Of a stretch of DNA of 46,386 nt, positions 28,420 to 38,186 are shown one piece after another (positions within the stretch are counted from its first letter, which is position 1; each line of letters opens with the position of its first letter). The stretch spans positions 23,945 through 70,330 of the forward strand of contig CAZUBM010000010.1 of NCBI GenBank assembly GCA_964618805.1. The letters run 5' to 3'. The notes beneath the pieces are model-generated. The model worked only from the letters and a program-made list of their open reading frames with translations. It had not been told where the DNA came from and did no database searches. This DNA is from an uncultured Nitrososphaerota archaeon. Its GTDB lineage: Archaea > Korarchaeota > Korarchaeia > Korarchaeales > Korarchaeaceae. The translations under genes were made by a program, and so were the position numbers.

Positions 28420-28689
28420 ATGACTAGTTCCAGTTTATCTCTACCAGTTTGGTATGTGATTTATGATTTTCTAAAGAAGTGTAGAGAAGAAGGGATTACA
28501 GACAAGGAACTGTATGAAAAAGTAGTTTCCGACAATCCCTGGATCTCCCTACCTCAGATTTCAGAAGCCTTACTTAAGTTAGAAGCTGCTGGAAAAATTA
28601 GAACTGTTAGAGGGGGTAGGAAAGGCACTCTCATAGTTGAACTTATAGAAGGACGCAAACATAGATACGTCCTATCTGACGAGGACTAA
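28420..28689 (+). CDS. Hypothetical winged-helix-like protein
   Basis: ITDKELYE...ALLKLEAAGKIRT pattern. Confidence 0.65.
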   Translation: MTSSSLSLPVWYVIYDFLKKCREEGITDKELYEKVVSDNPWISLPQISEALLKLEAAGKIRTVRGGRKGTLIVELIEGRKHRYVLSDED

Positions 28690-28692
28690 ACG

Positions 28693-29712
28693 CTAAAACC
28701 AAGCTTCCAAACCCTCTGAAGGTGGTTTCATTTTTCTAAGTTCTTCTAAGGTTTTCTCCACCCTTTTAGGGGAAAATTCGTGTTGATTTACCATGAAATC
28801 GTAAAGCTTCTCTTCATCAACTGGTTTAAGGGTTAAATCATAGTTATCTGAGGTAGGAGGATCCAAGAAGAACTCATAAATATCCTTTGGATCGATTTCA
28901 AACTCCCAATTCACGTGTGAGAGGATTTCATCTAGCGTTTTATACGTTTCAACTAACTTTAAAGCCTTCTTACATCCTATCCCTTTAATCCCTCCTGGAT
29001 TATAATCCGTCCCAACAAGTATGCCTATTACAATTAGTTGCTCCCTGCTGATACCTAAGTTGCCCAAAGTTTCATCTAGAAGGATCTCCTCTGGATAGAT
29101 TCTGACATATGCCTTCTCTCTCGGTAATTTTCTTCTCTCAGAGAATGTCAGATTCCTTACAAGCCTTGGTGAGCCAAATAAGAGGGAGTCATAATCTTGA
29201 GATCCTGCTGCCCATACATCGCCTTTCTTAGCCATATAGGCTGCTTGTGCCTCTCCTTCACTTGGTGCTTGGACGATGGGTACTCCCATATATTCAAGAA
29301 TCTTCTTGGCGTCCTCTATCATCTCTGGAGTTAAGGAAAGAGCTGCTTGTGCGTACTTTCTTGCTTCTTCTAATCTCCCAGCAGCCAGTGCTTCCTTCCA
29401 CTTTTTCATAGCTTCTCTCCTTACCTCCTCCCTCTCTTCTACAGTCGCCCTCTTGAAAGGAGGGGGCTCCCCGTCAAACACGTATATAGGTGTTATACCT
29501 GTTGTGAGAAGCTTAGCGGTCCTGTAAAAGATGCCGGAATGGACTGAAGTTATCTCCCCGCTGCTCGTCATTAATGGCGTTCCATCCTTCTGTCTTATGA
29601 TAGATAAGAACTGATACATGGCATTAAAGGCATCGATAGCCACGGATTTTCCTTTAAGCTTTTCTAAATCTATCCTATGGGTTATAACAAGGTCACTTAT
29701 CTTAACTCCCAT
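28693..29712 (-). CDS. fen: Flap endonuclease 1
   Basis: MGVKI, AIDAFNAMYQFL, APSEGEAQAA, SQDYDSLLFG and GTDYN; C-terminal PIP-like LEAWF. Confidence 0.97.
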   Translation of the reverse strand: MGVKISDLVITHRIDLEKLKGKSVAIDAFNAMYQFLSIIRQKDGTPLMTSSGEITSVHSGIFYRTAKLLTTGITPIYVFDGEPPPFKRATVEEREEVRREAMKKWKEALAAGRLEEARKYAQAALSLTPEMIEDAKKILEYMGVPIVQAPSEGEAQAAYMAKKGDVWAAGSQDYDSLLFGSPRLVRNLTFSERRKLPREKAYVRIYPEEILLDETLGNLGISREQLIVIGILVGTDYNPGGIKGIGCKKALKLVETYKTLDEILSHVNWEFEIDPKDIYEFFLDPPTSDNYDLTLKPVDEEKLYDFMVNQHEFSPKRVEKTLEELRKMKPPSEGLEAWF

Positions 29713-29767
29713 CGGCCTTCGTATTATCTTACTTTGGTCCAAGGATAAAAACAAATCTGGAGGGATA

Positions 29768-30148
29768 ATGTCAATGAAATCTATGAGATTAAGCTCTAGA
29801 TACAAGCAAGTTATTGTTGTTAGAGGCGATATAGAAATGAGTAGAGGCAAGATTGCTGCTCAAGTAGCTCATGCAGCGTGTGAAGCTTTTGAAAATGCCA
29901 GAAAGATGGTCCCACGCATTTGGAGTAGTTGGAGAGAGGAGGGAGGGAAGAAGGTGGTATTGGTGGCAAGTGAAAAGGAGCTTCTAGAAATCTATAAAAA
30001 AGCAGAAATCCTAAATATTCCAAGAGCATTAATTAGGGATGCTGGTTTGACGGAGTTGCCCCCTGGAACTCTTACTGCAGTTGCGATAGGTCCTTTTGAT
30101 GGGGAAAAGATAGATAAAATCACAGGGCATTTGAAACCCTTGAAATAA
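29768..30148 (+). CDS. pth2: Peptidyl-tRNA hydrolase Pth2
   Basis: KQVIVVR, GKIAAQVAHA and DAGLTELPPGT. Confidence 0.95.
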   Translation: MSMKSMRLSSRYKQVIVVRGDIEMSRGKIAAQVAHAACEAFENARKMVPRIWSSWREEGGKKVVLVASEKELLEIYKKAEILNIPRALIRDAGLTELPPGTLTAVAIGPFDGEKIDKITGHLKPLK

Positions 30149-30150
30149 AA

Positions 30151-30564
30151 TTAGAGTGCCTTAATTTTGATCAGAAGGTCTTCTCCTTTCTTTAACATAT
30201 TTATTATAGGTCTTGGAATATCTTTTGCTGCAGCCGTTGCTTCTATAGCTATCGTGCGGCCGTCTATATAGGTAGATTTCCTAAATACCATCTCTTTTTC
30301 GGATAAAAACTCTAGTTTAGGGGATCCACGGGCCTTAAATGAAAATCTTCTATCGCCAACTGAAATCACGACTTCTATCTGACCTCCATTCAGCAAATGC
30401 TCCTTTAACTCAGGGCAGAGATCTTTCACCGCCTTATCGGCCATTATTCCTATTATACAATCAGCTCTTATCGATATTTCAGTCTCTTTGGTGATTTCTA
30501 TCGTTGTTCCATGCATACCAGTTACGTTTGGATGCCCTCTGGCATGTATGATCTCCTCAACCAA
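30151..30564 (-). CDS. DUF371 family protein
   Basis: ARGHPNVTGMHGTTIEITKE, DCIIG and RKS. Confidence 0.88.
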   Translation of the reverse strand: MVEEIIHARGHPNVTGMHGTTIEITKETEISIRADCIIGIMADKAVKDLCPELKEHLLNGGQIEVVISVGDRRFSFKARGSPKLEFLSEKEMVFRKSTYIDGRTIAIEATAAAKDIPRPIINMLKKGEDLLIKIKAL

Positions 30565-30603
30565 TCCAACAAAATTATCTCTAATCCTAGCATAAAAAGC
30601 AGG

Positions 30604-31336
30604 ATGGTTGGAAAAGATGAAGAGTATGCTGTAAGACGAGCCAAATTAGTTGAAAGTTTGGTCAGGCAGGGAATAATCAGATCAGATTCGGTGAAAAGAT
30701 CTGCTATGAAAGTCCCGAGAGAAAAGTTCGTTCCGCCAAGGCAAAGGGAATTTGCATATGACGATACGCCGCTTCCTATAGGAGAGGGCCAGACGATTAG
30801 TGCGCCACACGGATTCCCGCCGGGGATCCGGGCGAAACATGGTGTTTATGATGAACGAACTTCTTCGATTAGAAAAAGGTATGGTAGTATTCGAAGTGGG
30901 TGCTGGAAGCGGATATCATGCAGCAACGTTAGCGGAAATAGTTGCTCCAGATGATTTGCCCTTGGAAGAGTGGGGACACGTATATTCTGCTGAGATAATT
31001 AGAAGTCTTGCTGTAAGAGCCTGGAAAAATCTTATGGACGCAGGATATGCCGATAGAGTAAGCGTTCTTCATTGTGACGGAAGTTCTGGTTTTCCTCTGA
31101 ACATCAAGGCTGATAGAATTCTAGTGACTGCAGCAGCTCCTTCCATTCCAAAACCTCTAATGGATCAGGTAAAAATAGGAGGTAGAATCGTAATTCCTAT
31201 TGGTCTGGTCAGAGGCCTGTTCTTTGCTCAAAAACTTGTAGTTGCAGATAAGTTAGGGGAGGAAAAGTTCAATATTAAGGAGGTAGCTGATGTAGCTTTT
31301 GTCCCATTAAGAGGTAGATATGGATGGAGAGGTTGA
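30604..31336 (+). CDS. pcm: Protein-L-isoaspartate O-methyltransferase, two exons (30604-30808 + 30837-31336; 234 aa spliced)
   Basis: Exon 1 encodes VPREKFV..AYDDTPLPIGEGQTISAP. Exon 2 encodes MV..FEVGAGSGYHAA, DRILVTAAAP, GGRIVIP and VAFVPL. Joining the exons restores TISAPHMV. Confidence 0.93.
30809..30836 (+). other. Bulge-helix-bulge intron in pcm mRNA (28 nt)
   Basis: CGCC/GGCG central helix, ACA and AAA bulges, CGGATTCCC/GGGGATCCG intron stem, GTG/CAT exon helix. Confidence 0.88.
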
Positions 31337-31950
31337 TAGCAAGCGGAGCAGAAGCAAAGATCTATGAAACTGATTTCTTCGGAGTTCCAGCCATTAAGAA
31401 GGTTAGGATAAGGAAGAATTATCGAGTTTTTGAATTAGACTCTCTTCTTAGAAAGAAGAGAACTTCCAAGGAAGTAAAGGCTCTCCATAGGGCCAAGAAA
31501 TTTGGAGTCCCTTGTCCTTCGATCCTAGACGTTCATGAATTCGAAATTATCATGGAAAAGATCGATGGAGTTACGTTGAGAGATTTAATAGTAAAATTAA
31601 ATGAAAAAGAACTTTCTGTAGTTTCAAATCTGTTAGGCGCGATTGTTGGTAGGCTTCATAAAGCTGGCTTAGTTCATAACGATCTAACGGGTGTAAACTT
31701 CATCTTAGTGGATCGAGATAAAATATGCCTCATAGACTTTGGGCTTGTTGAGTTTTCTGAGAATTGTGAGGATAGAGCGGTGGACTTGCACGTATTCAAG
31801 CAATCTGTAGGTGCTATCGACCCTAAAAGGAGGGATTTTATAATGAGCAAATTCCTCGAAGGATACTCTAAGGAGCTTGGGGAAAGAGCCAAAGAAGTGA
31901 TTTCTAGACTTAGGACAATCGAGAGAAGAGGAAGGTATAAGATAAGGTGA
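31324..31950 (+). CDS. bud32: KEOPS complex kinase Bud32
   Basis: GAEA, KVRIRKNYR, HNDLT..N, IDFGL, DRAVDL and RGRY. Confidence 0.94.
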   Translation: MERLIASGAEAKIYETDFFGVPAIKKVRIRKNYRVFELDSLLRKKRTSKEVKALHRAKKFGVPCPSILDVHEFEIIMEKIDGVTLRDLIVKLNEKELSVVSNLLGAIVGRLHKAGLVHNDLTGVNFILVDRDKICLIDFGLVEFSENCEDRAVDLHVFKQSVGAIDPKRRDFIMSKFLEGYSKELGERAKEVISRLRTIERRGRYKIR

Positions 31951-31956
31951 TGAGCA

Positions 31957-32526
31957 TTGGAAACGCTTAAATTTGTCACATCAAATCCCCACAAGTTTCG
32001 TGAGGCAGAGGCCATTTTGGGGGATTTTGGTATAGAAGTTAAATGGATGAACCTAGAATACCCGGAACTTCAAGCTGATACTCTTGAAGAGGTTGTCCTT
32101 TACTCCTTAAAGTGGTTGAGTGAAAGTAAAGGAATAAAAGAACCCTTCTTCATAGAGGACGCTGGGTTATTCATCCGTTCTTTAAAGGGATTTCCTGGTC
32201 CTTATTCTTCCTATGTATTTAGGACCATAGGCAATGAAGGGATATTGAGGTTAATGAATGGCATAGAAGACAGGAAAGCTAAGTTTAGATCAGTTATAGG
32301 TCTTGCTATTGATGGAAAACATTACACATTCCATGGCGAGACAAAAGGCTCAATTGCTGATTCTATTCGTGGAACATTGTGGGGATTCGATCCAATATTC
32401 GTTCCAGAGAATATGGGAGGACTTACATATGCCGAGCTAGGTGTAAGAAAGAATTTGGTCTCTCATAGAAGGAAATCACTCGAGCTTATGGCCTCTTGGT
32501 TTTCAAGAAAAGTTAAAAAATCGTAA
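31957..32526 (+). CDS. rdgB: Non-canonical purine NTP pyrophosphatase (RdgB/HAM1)
   Basis: TSNPHK, EDAGL, GFPGPYS, GFDPIF and SHR. Confidence 0.95.
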   Translation: METLKFVTSNPHKFREAEAILGDFGIEVKWMNLEYPELQADTLEEVVLYSLKWLSESKGIKEPFFIEDAGLFIRSLKGFPGPYSSYVFRTIGNEGILRLMNGIEDRKAKFRSVIGLAIDGKHYTFHGETKGSIADSIRGTLWGFDPIFVPENMGGLTYAELGVRKNLVSHRRKSLELMASWFSRKVKKS

Positions 32527-32546
32527 AATAAGAAGGGATGGATTAG

Positions 32547-32996
32547 GTGAGTCCTTTGGAAAGAAGAGAGGAAGAAGCGCACAAACATTTCTCTGGCAGA
32601 GAAAAGCCAGAATGGGTTTCAATGAATCCAGATGACGTTGTCTCATTGATCGTTAAAATGGGAAAGAGAGGAGTCCCTCCAAGCCAAATTGGGATGATCT
32701 TAAGGGATGTGTATGGGATACCTTCTGTCAAACAGATCTTGGGCAAGAAAATAACTGAAGTCTTGGAGGAGCAGGGTGTTGCTCAGAAAATACCTGAAGA
32801 TCTGCTTTCTTTGATGAAAAAGGCATATAAAATCAGGAAACATCTTGAAACCCATAGAAAGGATTTCCATTCGAAAAGAGGGTTGCAGATTACTGAGTCT
32901 AAGATAAGAAGGCTGGTTAAATACTATAAAAGAACTGGAAAACTTCCTGAAGACTGGAGATATGATCCAAGCATGTTAGAAATGATTATAACGTGA
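32547..32996 (+). CDS. rps15: 30S ribosomal protein S15 (uS15)
   Basis: PSQIGMILRD and ESKIRRLVKYYK. Confidence 0.96.
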   Translation: MSPLERREEEAHKHFSGREKPEWVSMNPDDVVSLIVKMGKRGVPPSQIGMILRDVYGIPSVKQILGKKITEVLEEQGVAQKIPEDLLSLMKKAYKIRKHLETHRKDFHSKRGLQITESKIRRLVKYYKRTGKLPEDWRYDPSMLEMIIT

Positions 32997-33011
32997 GAGG
33001 GAGCCTCCTAG

Positions 33012-34460
33012 ATGGAAGATTTGGATAAAGTATGGAAGTCATTGAATTCAAAGGCTAAAAGAATTGCGGATCTCATTTATAGCGTTGGAAAAGAGTCTCC
33101 AGTAAGAATAATTACACATATCGATGCAGATGGGTTATGTGCTGGAGGTTTAATTGCGAAAGCTTTGAAAATGTTAGGTGTCCCCTTTCATCTCTCTTCA
33201 GTAAAATTCCTGAGTAAAGAGCTCATTTCCCAAATACTGTCTGAGAAATACAGCCTTTTCATATACTTGGATCTAGGATCAGGATACTTAAACGAAATCA
33301 AGGATGCTTTGAGTTCTAAGAAGAATAAAACTGTTTTAGTATTGGATCATCATCCTCCTGTTAAAGCGCAACAAAATAATCGCTTTTATTTGCTAAATCC
33401 ATTCGATGAAGGCATAAATGGAAGTTATGAAATAAGCGGTGCAGGAATTGCGTACCTCGTTTACAGACACCTCATCGGAGGGGATGATGAGAGCATTATT
33501 ATGGCGCTTACCGGAGCTTTAGGGGATCAACAAGCTGGTGAGAATGGATTTTCAGGAATAAATTCCATGTTTGTCGAGTTGGCAAAAAAACTAGGTGTTC
33601 TGGAGGTTAAAAGGGACTTAAGGCTCTTTGGAGGTCCAGATTACCCTTTAGTACCAGCTCTTCAGAGAACTTATGATTTAGTTCTTCTTGGACTATTCCA
33701 AGAAGCTAAAGAAGCTGTTAATTTGTTAGAAAGACTCAAAATCCCTTTAAAGGTGGAAAATAGGGCCATAAGACTATCTGATCTATCTGTTGAACAAAAA
33801 AGAGAGCTTTTTAATGAGATTGTGAAACGGATGGTTTCTAAAGGAGAGAGCGGCCTTTCAGCGCTAACAAATCTCTTTGGAGATGTATATCTAGCAGTTT
33901 CTGAGCCAATCGGTTCGCCGACAAGGGAATTGAATGGCTTTTCAACCCTTCTAAATGCCTGTGGTAGAATGGGAAGACCTGATTTAGGCATAGCCTTAGC
34001 AATGGGTTTAAGGGGGATTATTCTTGATTCAGCCCTGCAAACCCTATCTGATTACAGGAAAACTCTAGCAAAAGCTCTATCTCATATAATGGAGGACTCC
34101 GGCGAAATAACTAGGAAAGAAAATGGTATTCTCTTTTTAATAGGAGGAGAAGAGATCAGAGATACAATGATAGGTACGATAACTTCGATAATATCAAAAA
34201 GCAAGTTTTCAAAGGAGTTCCTCATTGTAATTGGCTTAACAAACAGCGAGGCAGTTGTGAAGATATCTGCTAGATTGACAGATGTTGGGATTAGGGCTGG
34301 AATAGATCTAGATCATTTGATGAGAATGAGTTGTGTGAGGGTTGGAGGCATTGGAGGGGGACATAAGCATGCAGCTGGTGGTTATATCCCACAAGGTGAG
34401 GAAGAACGTTTCATCAAGACAGTTTTAGAATATTTAAACGAGGCCAAGGCTCTCAAGTAG
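33012..34460 (+). CDS. DHH/RecJ-like phosphoesterase
   Basis: HIDADG, DLGSG, LDHH, GALGD and GGGHKHAAG (DHHA1). Confidence 0.92.
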   Translation: MEDLDKVWKSLNSKAKRIADLIYSVGKESPVRIITHIDADGLCAGGLIAKALKMLGVPFHLSSVKFLSKELISQILSEKYSLFIYLDLGSGYLNEIKDALSSKKNKTVLVLDHHPPVKAQQNNRFYLLNPFDEGINGSYEISGAGIAYLVYRHLIGGDDESIIMALTGALGDQQAGENGFSGINSMFVELAKKLGVLEVKRDLRLFGGPDYPLVPALQRTYDLVLLGLFQEAKEAVNLLERLKIPLKVENRAIRLSDLSVEQKRELFNEIVKRMVSKGESGLSALTNLFGDVYLAVSEPIGSPTRELNGFSTLLNACGRMGRPDLGIALAMGLRGIILDSALQTLSDYRKTLAKALSHIMEDSGEITRKENGILFLIGGEEIRDTMIGTITSIISKSKFSKEFLIVIGLTNSEAVVKISARLTDVGIRAGIDLDHLMRMSCVRVGGIGGGHKHAAGGYIPQGEEERFIKTVLEYLNEAKALK

Positions 34461-34769
34461 TTGTTTTAGCTCCTTTCTCGTCTCTGATTCTTCCTTCTTG
34501 TACCTCTCCAGCAAGGTTTCGGTCAACTCCTTCCTTGATTTCAGATCCTCAAGGAGTTCTTCCTTGTTCCTTTTGATGAAAACGTGTCCAGCTCTTTCAT
34601 AAACCTCTGTATCTCCCTTAATCTTCTCCAATTTTCTCAAAGCCTCTTCCATAGATCTGAGGTCTAGCTCAAGAGTTGTTATTTGAGTTCTAAGGGACTC
34701 AATCTTGCTAACAAGCTCTCTATATTTTGCCTGAGCATACTGCATGTTTTCATCCGAAGCCAATTGCAT
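34434..34769 (-). CDS. pfdB: Prefoldin subunit beta
   Basis: Coiled coils flanking the VYERAGHVFI hairpin; start codon uncertain. Confidence 0.85.
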   Translation of the reverse strand: MQLASDENMQYAQAKYRELVSKIESLRTQITTLELDLRSMEEALRKLEKIKGDTEVYERAGHVFIKRNKEELLEDLKSRKELTETLLERYKKEESETRKELKQLLESLGLV

Positions 34770-34821
34770 CACATGGATAGCTTTGATAGCAGATCTTTTA
34801 ATTTGATCCTTTCGACGAAAC

Positions 34822-35325
34822 CTATCTCTCAAGTTCTACTAGCGCCGCTTTCTCCAATATGATTAGTTCTAACCTTCTTGAGCATGATGATAGGTTCTCC
34901 ACGCCTAATTTCCTTGCCAAGCTTTTCATAGAACCGAATTCATTGGTCTGCACAGCTCTTAGAGCATCACACACTCTAACAGCGAGTTTATTCCAGTCCA
35001 GCGGCTTAGCTGAAATGGCTATGAAGACAACATTGTCAGTCCCTATCGGATTTGTGAATCCTAACGCTTTATGGATCTGCCTCTCCCCTGTAAGACAGAC
35101 AGCAATTTCTGACCTTAAATTTCTGGTGATATTTTTCCCCTCTTTAAAGGCTCTTAAAGCTCTATATGTTGCTATTGCCGCATGTCTATAGGAAGCTACT
35201 GATGATGATTTAATGAAGACTGTTTTAATGTCCTCTACGAACTTTTCTGGGATTTCCTTTAGGGGTTCGGTGAGCTTTAGGGACATGACAGCGATGTACC
35301 CTTCTGAGGTTTCGAACACTTCCAC
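34822..35325 (-). CDS. cgi121: KEOPS complex subunit Cgi121
   Basis: RALRAF..GKNITRNLRSEI..LTGERQIHKAL and ILEKAAL. Confidence 0.85.
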   Translation of the reverse strand: MEVFETSEGYIAVMSLKLTEPLKEIPEKFVEDIKTVFIKSSSVASYRHAAIATYRALRAFKEGKNITRNLRSEIAVCLTGERQIHKALGFTNPIGTDNVVFIAISAKPLDWNKLAVRVCDALRAVQTNEFGSMKSLARKLGVENLSSCSRRLELIILEKAALVELER

Positions 35326-35497
35326 TCTTCTTACACCATTAATTTCCCCTTATCCCCCCTAAGACTTGCTAGACAGATAATATATAATTTAGGTAACTTC
35401 GCAGGGCTTGTCTATTAACAAATTGGGTCATTTGAGCATACACAGGTCTTACAGGCATATACCCCAACAAGCTTATAGGATGTCTTGAATTCCCGTC

Positions 35498-37099
35498 ATG
35501 GGGCGCCAGATGGACATAGGACCTATAGAAGAACTTTCATCTAACAGGATCTTAAGAACTGCATGGTACTCTATTGTGGTCGGTTTCTTCCTCTTGTTCG
35601 TTCTAATACCTCCGATATATCTTTTTGCATATCTAGCTGGAAGTTTTGACAAGCTCCCCCTTGTATTGAATAACCCTGAGATAGTTAAGGATATGAAAAG
35701 CGCGATGAGTCTAAGCTATGCTATTGCAGCAACTGTTACCCTCATAGATTTGATAGCCGCTCTTCCTATGGCTTGGATCCTTCTAAAGAAAGAATTCCGT
35801 TTAAAGCGATTTCTTGATACTCTATTAGATCTTCCTATGGCTCTCCCAACATCTGCATTGGGATTCTCAGTAGCGATGTTTTGGCTCAAAGTGGCCAATC
35901 TAAGGAGCGCCTTTTGGGCTGTGGTTGCTTTACATGTAGCAATGAGCTATCCTTATATGCTAAGAACCCTAATTGCATCATTGAAGGCCGTAAAATCTCA
36001 ATATGAGATCGCTGCTCGAACCTTGGGCGCCCACCCTTTTACGGTAGCTAGAACTGTTACTCTACCGATCGCTAAGCCTGGCATAATCGCTGGATGTATC
36101 CTTTGTTTTGCGAAAAGTTTGAGTGAAACTGGGGGAACTGCGGTCACTCTATCGATAATAGGGGTGCTAGAACGGACAGGACCTGTTCTAATTAAGACTT
36201 GGAAATCGATCACAGAGCAAACTGAAGTTTTCATTTTAGCTGGAGGCATTTTAAGTGCAATTTTGATTATTTCATCTTTAGTGACTTTATACTCGTTCAA
36301 GGTGTTAGCATCAAGGTGGAAGATACCGATAAAAAGGATTTGGCCTTGGGAGAAGAGAATAAGCCGAAAGCCATTTACTTCTATTAGAGATTTCTTCTCA
36401 GTATTTTTCTCCATCTTTGTTGTTCTCATTCCTTCTATATTCATAGCACTTTTTCCTTTATGGTTGAAGGTTGAAGGGCTGCCAAGCGGTCTTTTTTCTG
36501 CGATCTGGAACTCCGTTTTAATAGCCTCTATAACGACGGTGATAAATCTGATAACAGGAGTTCCCCTCTCTATTCTGATCGCTCGATCCAGATCTTCTGT
36601 TATAACAAGCATATTAGATGCGTTAGTTAACATACCGCTCATAGTTCCAACTACAGCCTTGGGCTTCTCGATCTCTCTTTTTTGGAGTAGAGGCGTTGCA
36701 TTAGGTCTTTCTGATTTAACTGTTATCTCCCTTGCTCACATATCATTTACGCAACCCTTACTTGTTAGAAACGTAATAGCCTCTCTAGAACAGTTAGATC
36801 CATCGTTAGAAGATACCGCAAGAACTCTAGGTGCGAATCCTCTGGAAACCTTTAGGAAGATTACTTTTCCTTTGATAAGTCCCGGTATAGTGGCTGGAAC
36901 CATTTTATCCTTTACAAGGAGCTTAGGAGAAACTGGAGCTACTATTTCAGTGGTTCCAATAGCGCATACTGCTCCAGTTTACATAGTCGAACTTGTGAGC
37001 AAGAGGGCTTATTCCGTTGCTGGAATATCATGCATAATTCTCCTCTTGATATCTGGAATATTGCTTTACGCTTTAAAGAGGACAGGGAGGGGTTCATAG
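35498..37099 (+). CDS. ABC transporter permease with two fused TM domains (oxyanion/Fe3+/thiamine class)
   Basis: Two EAA loops (YEIAARTLGA, LEDTARTLGA), DLPMALP and SLGETGA. Confidence 0.9.
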   Translation: MGRQMDIGPIEELSSNRILRTAWYSIVVGFFLLFVLIPPIYLFAYLAGSFDKLPLVLNNPEIVKDMKSAMSLSYAIAATVTLIDLIAALPMAWILLKKEFRLKRFLDTLLDLPMALPTSALGFSVAMFWLKVANLRSAFWAVVALHVAMSYPYMLRTLIASLKAVKSQYEIAARTLGAHPFTVARTVTLPIAKPGIIAGCILCFAKSLSETGGTAVTLSIIGVLERTGPVLIKTWKSITEQTEVFILAGGILSAILIISSLVTLYSFKVLASRWKIPIKRIWPWEKRISRKPFTSIRDFFSVFFSIFVVLIPSIFIALFPLWLKVEGLPSGLFSAIWNSVLIASITTVINLITGVPLSILIARSRSSVITSILDALVNIPLIVPTTALGFSISLFWSRGVALGLSDLTVISLAHISFTQPLLVRNVIASLEQLDPSLEDTARTLGANPLETFRKITFPLISPGIVAGTILSFTRSLGETGATISVVPIAHTAPVYIVELVSKRAYSVAGISCIILLLISGILLYALKRTGRGS

Positions 37100-37100
37100 G

Positions 37101-38186
37101 TTGCCAAGGGTGGAGTTAAAGGGAGTAACCGTGAGATATGGGAGAAAAATAGCGCTAGACAACATTGATATCAAGATAAAGAGTGGAGATTATGCTATAG
37201 TTGCTGGTCCTACTGGAGCCGGAAAAACAACTTTGTTAAAAGCCATTTGCGGCTTAGTTCCCTTAGTTAAGGGAAGAATTATTGTAAACGGCGAGGATAT
37301 CACCGAAGTTCCTCCTGAGAAAAGAGGCATTGGTTATCTACCTCAAGGATATGCCCTTTTTCCCCATTTAGATGTATGGGGAAACGTTACATTTGGTCCG
37401 ACCAGCAGAGGGTGGGACAAAAGTGATGTTGAGGTCATTGCAAGAAGAATCTTGAATATGGTTGGCCTCATTGAGCGAGCTGACGCATATCCCCATGAGT
37501 TAAGCGGTGGAATGGCCCAAAGAGTTGCTTTAGGTAGGGCCATAGCCTCTGGAGCAGATCTAATCCTTCTAGACGAACCTCTTTCGGCCCTTGACGTGAT
37601 GCTCCGCATGATATTAAGGTATGAAATCAAGAAAATGGCCAAGGCCCTTAATCTCACCGTAATACACGTGACTCATGACCAAGAGGAGGCCATGAGTATA
37701 GGAGATCGCATATTTCTTCTTAGGAAAGGGAGGGTCCTCGAGGAAGGATCCCCTGAAGAGCTATTTAAGTCTCCTGAAAACCCATTTACAGCATATTTTA
37801 TAGGAGAAAGCAATTTTTTCATCGGTTATGCTGATAATGGGGTCGTTAGAATAGACGATCTTGAGTTAAGAAGCACATCTAGGCTTAGAGGGGAAGTCTT
37901 AGTTGCAATAAGGACAAGAAGAGTTAAGATCTTCATGGGCAAGGGAGAAACTCTCAATTCCATTAGAGCAAGAGTTGAGGAAATTAGGTTCTTTGGAAAA
38001 GTGACTAAGCTTCTGTTAAACGTAAATGGTTTGAGAATAATTAGCGAGATGCCTACTCTGAAAATTAGGGGCTTAAAGCAGGGAGAAATAGTCTTCATCT
38101 CCATAGATCCAATGGATGTATTGCTGTATGAATTGGAAACCTTGGAAGAATATCCTGAGATAAAGGAGGTGATCATGAATTCCTGA
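37101..38186 (+). CDS. ABC transporter ATP-binding protein
   Basis: GPTGAGKT, LSGGMAQR, LLDEP and HVTHD; TOBE-like tail. Confidence 0.94.
   Translation: MPRVELKGVTVRYGRKIALDNIDIKIKSGDYAIVAGPTGAGKTTLLKAICGLVPLVKGRIIVNGEDITEVPPEKRGIGYLPQGYALFPHLDVWGNVTFGPTSRGWDKSDVEVIARRILNMVGLIERADAYPHELSGGMAQRVALGRAIASGADLILLDEPLSALDVMLRMILRYEIKKMAKALNLTVIHVTHDQEEAMSIGDRIFLLRKGRVLEEGSPEELFKSPENPFTAYFIGESNFFIGYADNGVVRIDDLELRSTSRLRGEVLVAIRTRRVKIFMGKGETLNSIRARVEEIRFFGKVTKLLLNVNGLRIISEMPTLKIRGLKQGEIVFISIDPMDVLLYELETLEEYPEIKEVIMNS

Noticed and set aside
30511-31336. ORFs 30511-30954 and 30800-31336 as two genes, a pseudogene or a programmed frameshift
   Set aside because: They are the two halves of one PIMT. The 28 extra nt form an exact BHB, there is no slippery run, and a frameshift would leave extra residues in a conserved motif.
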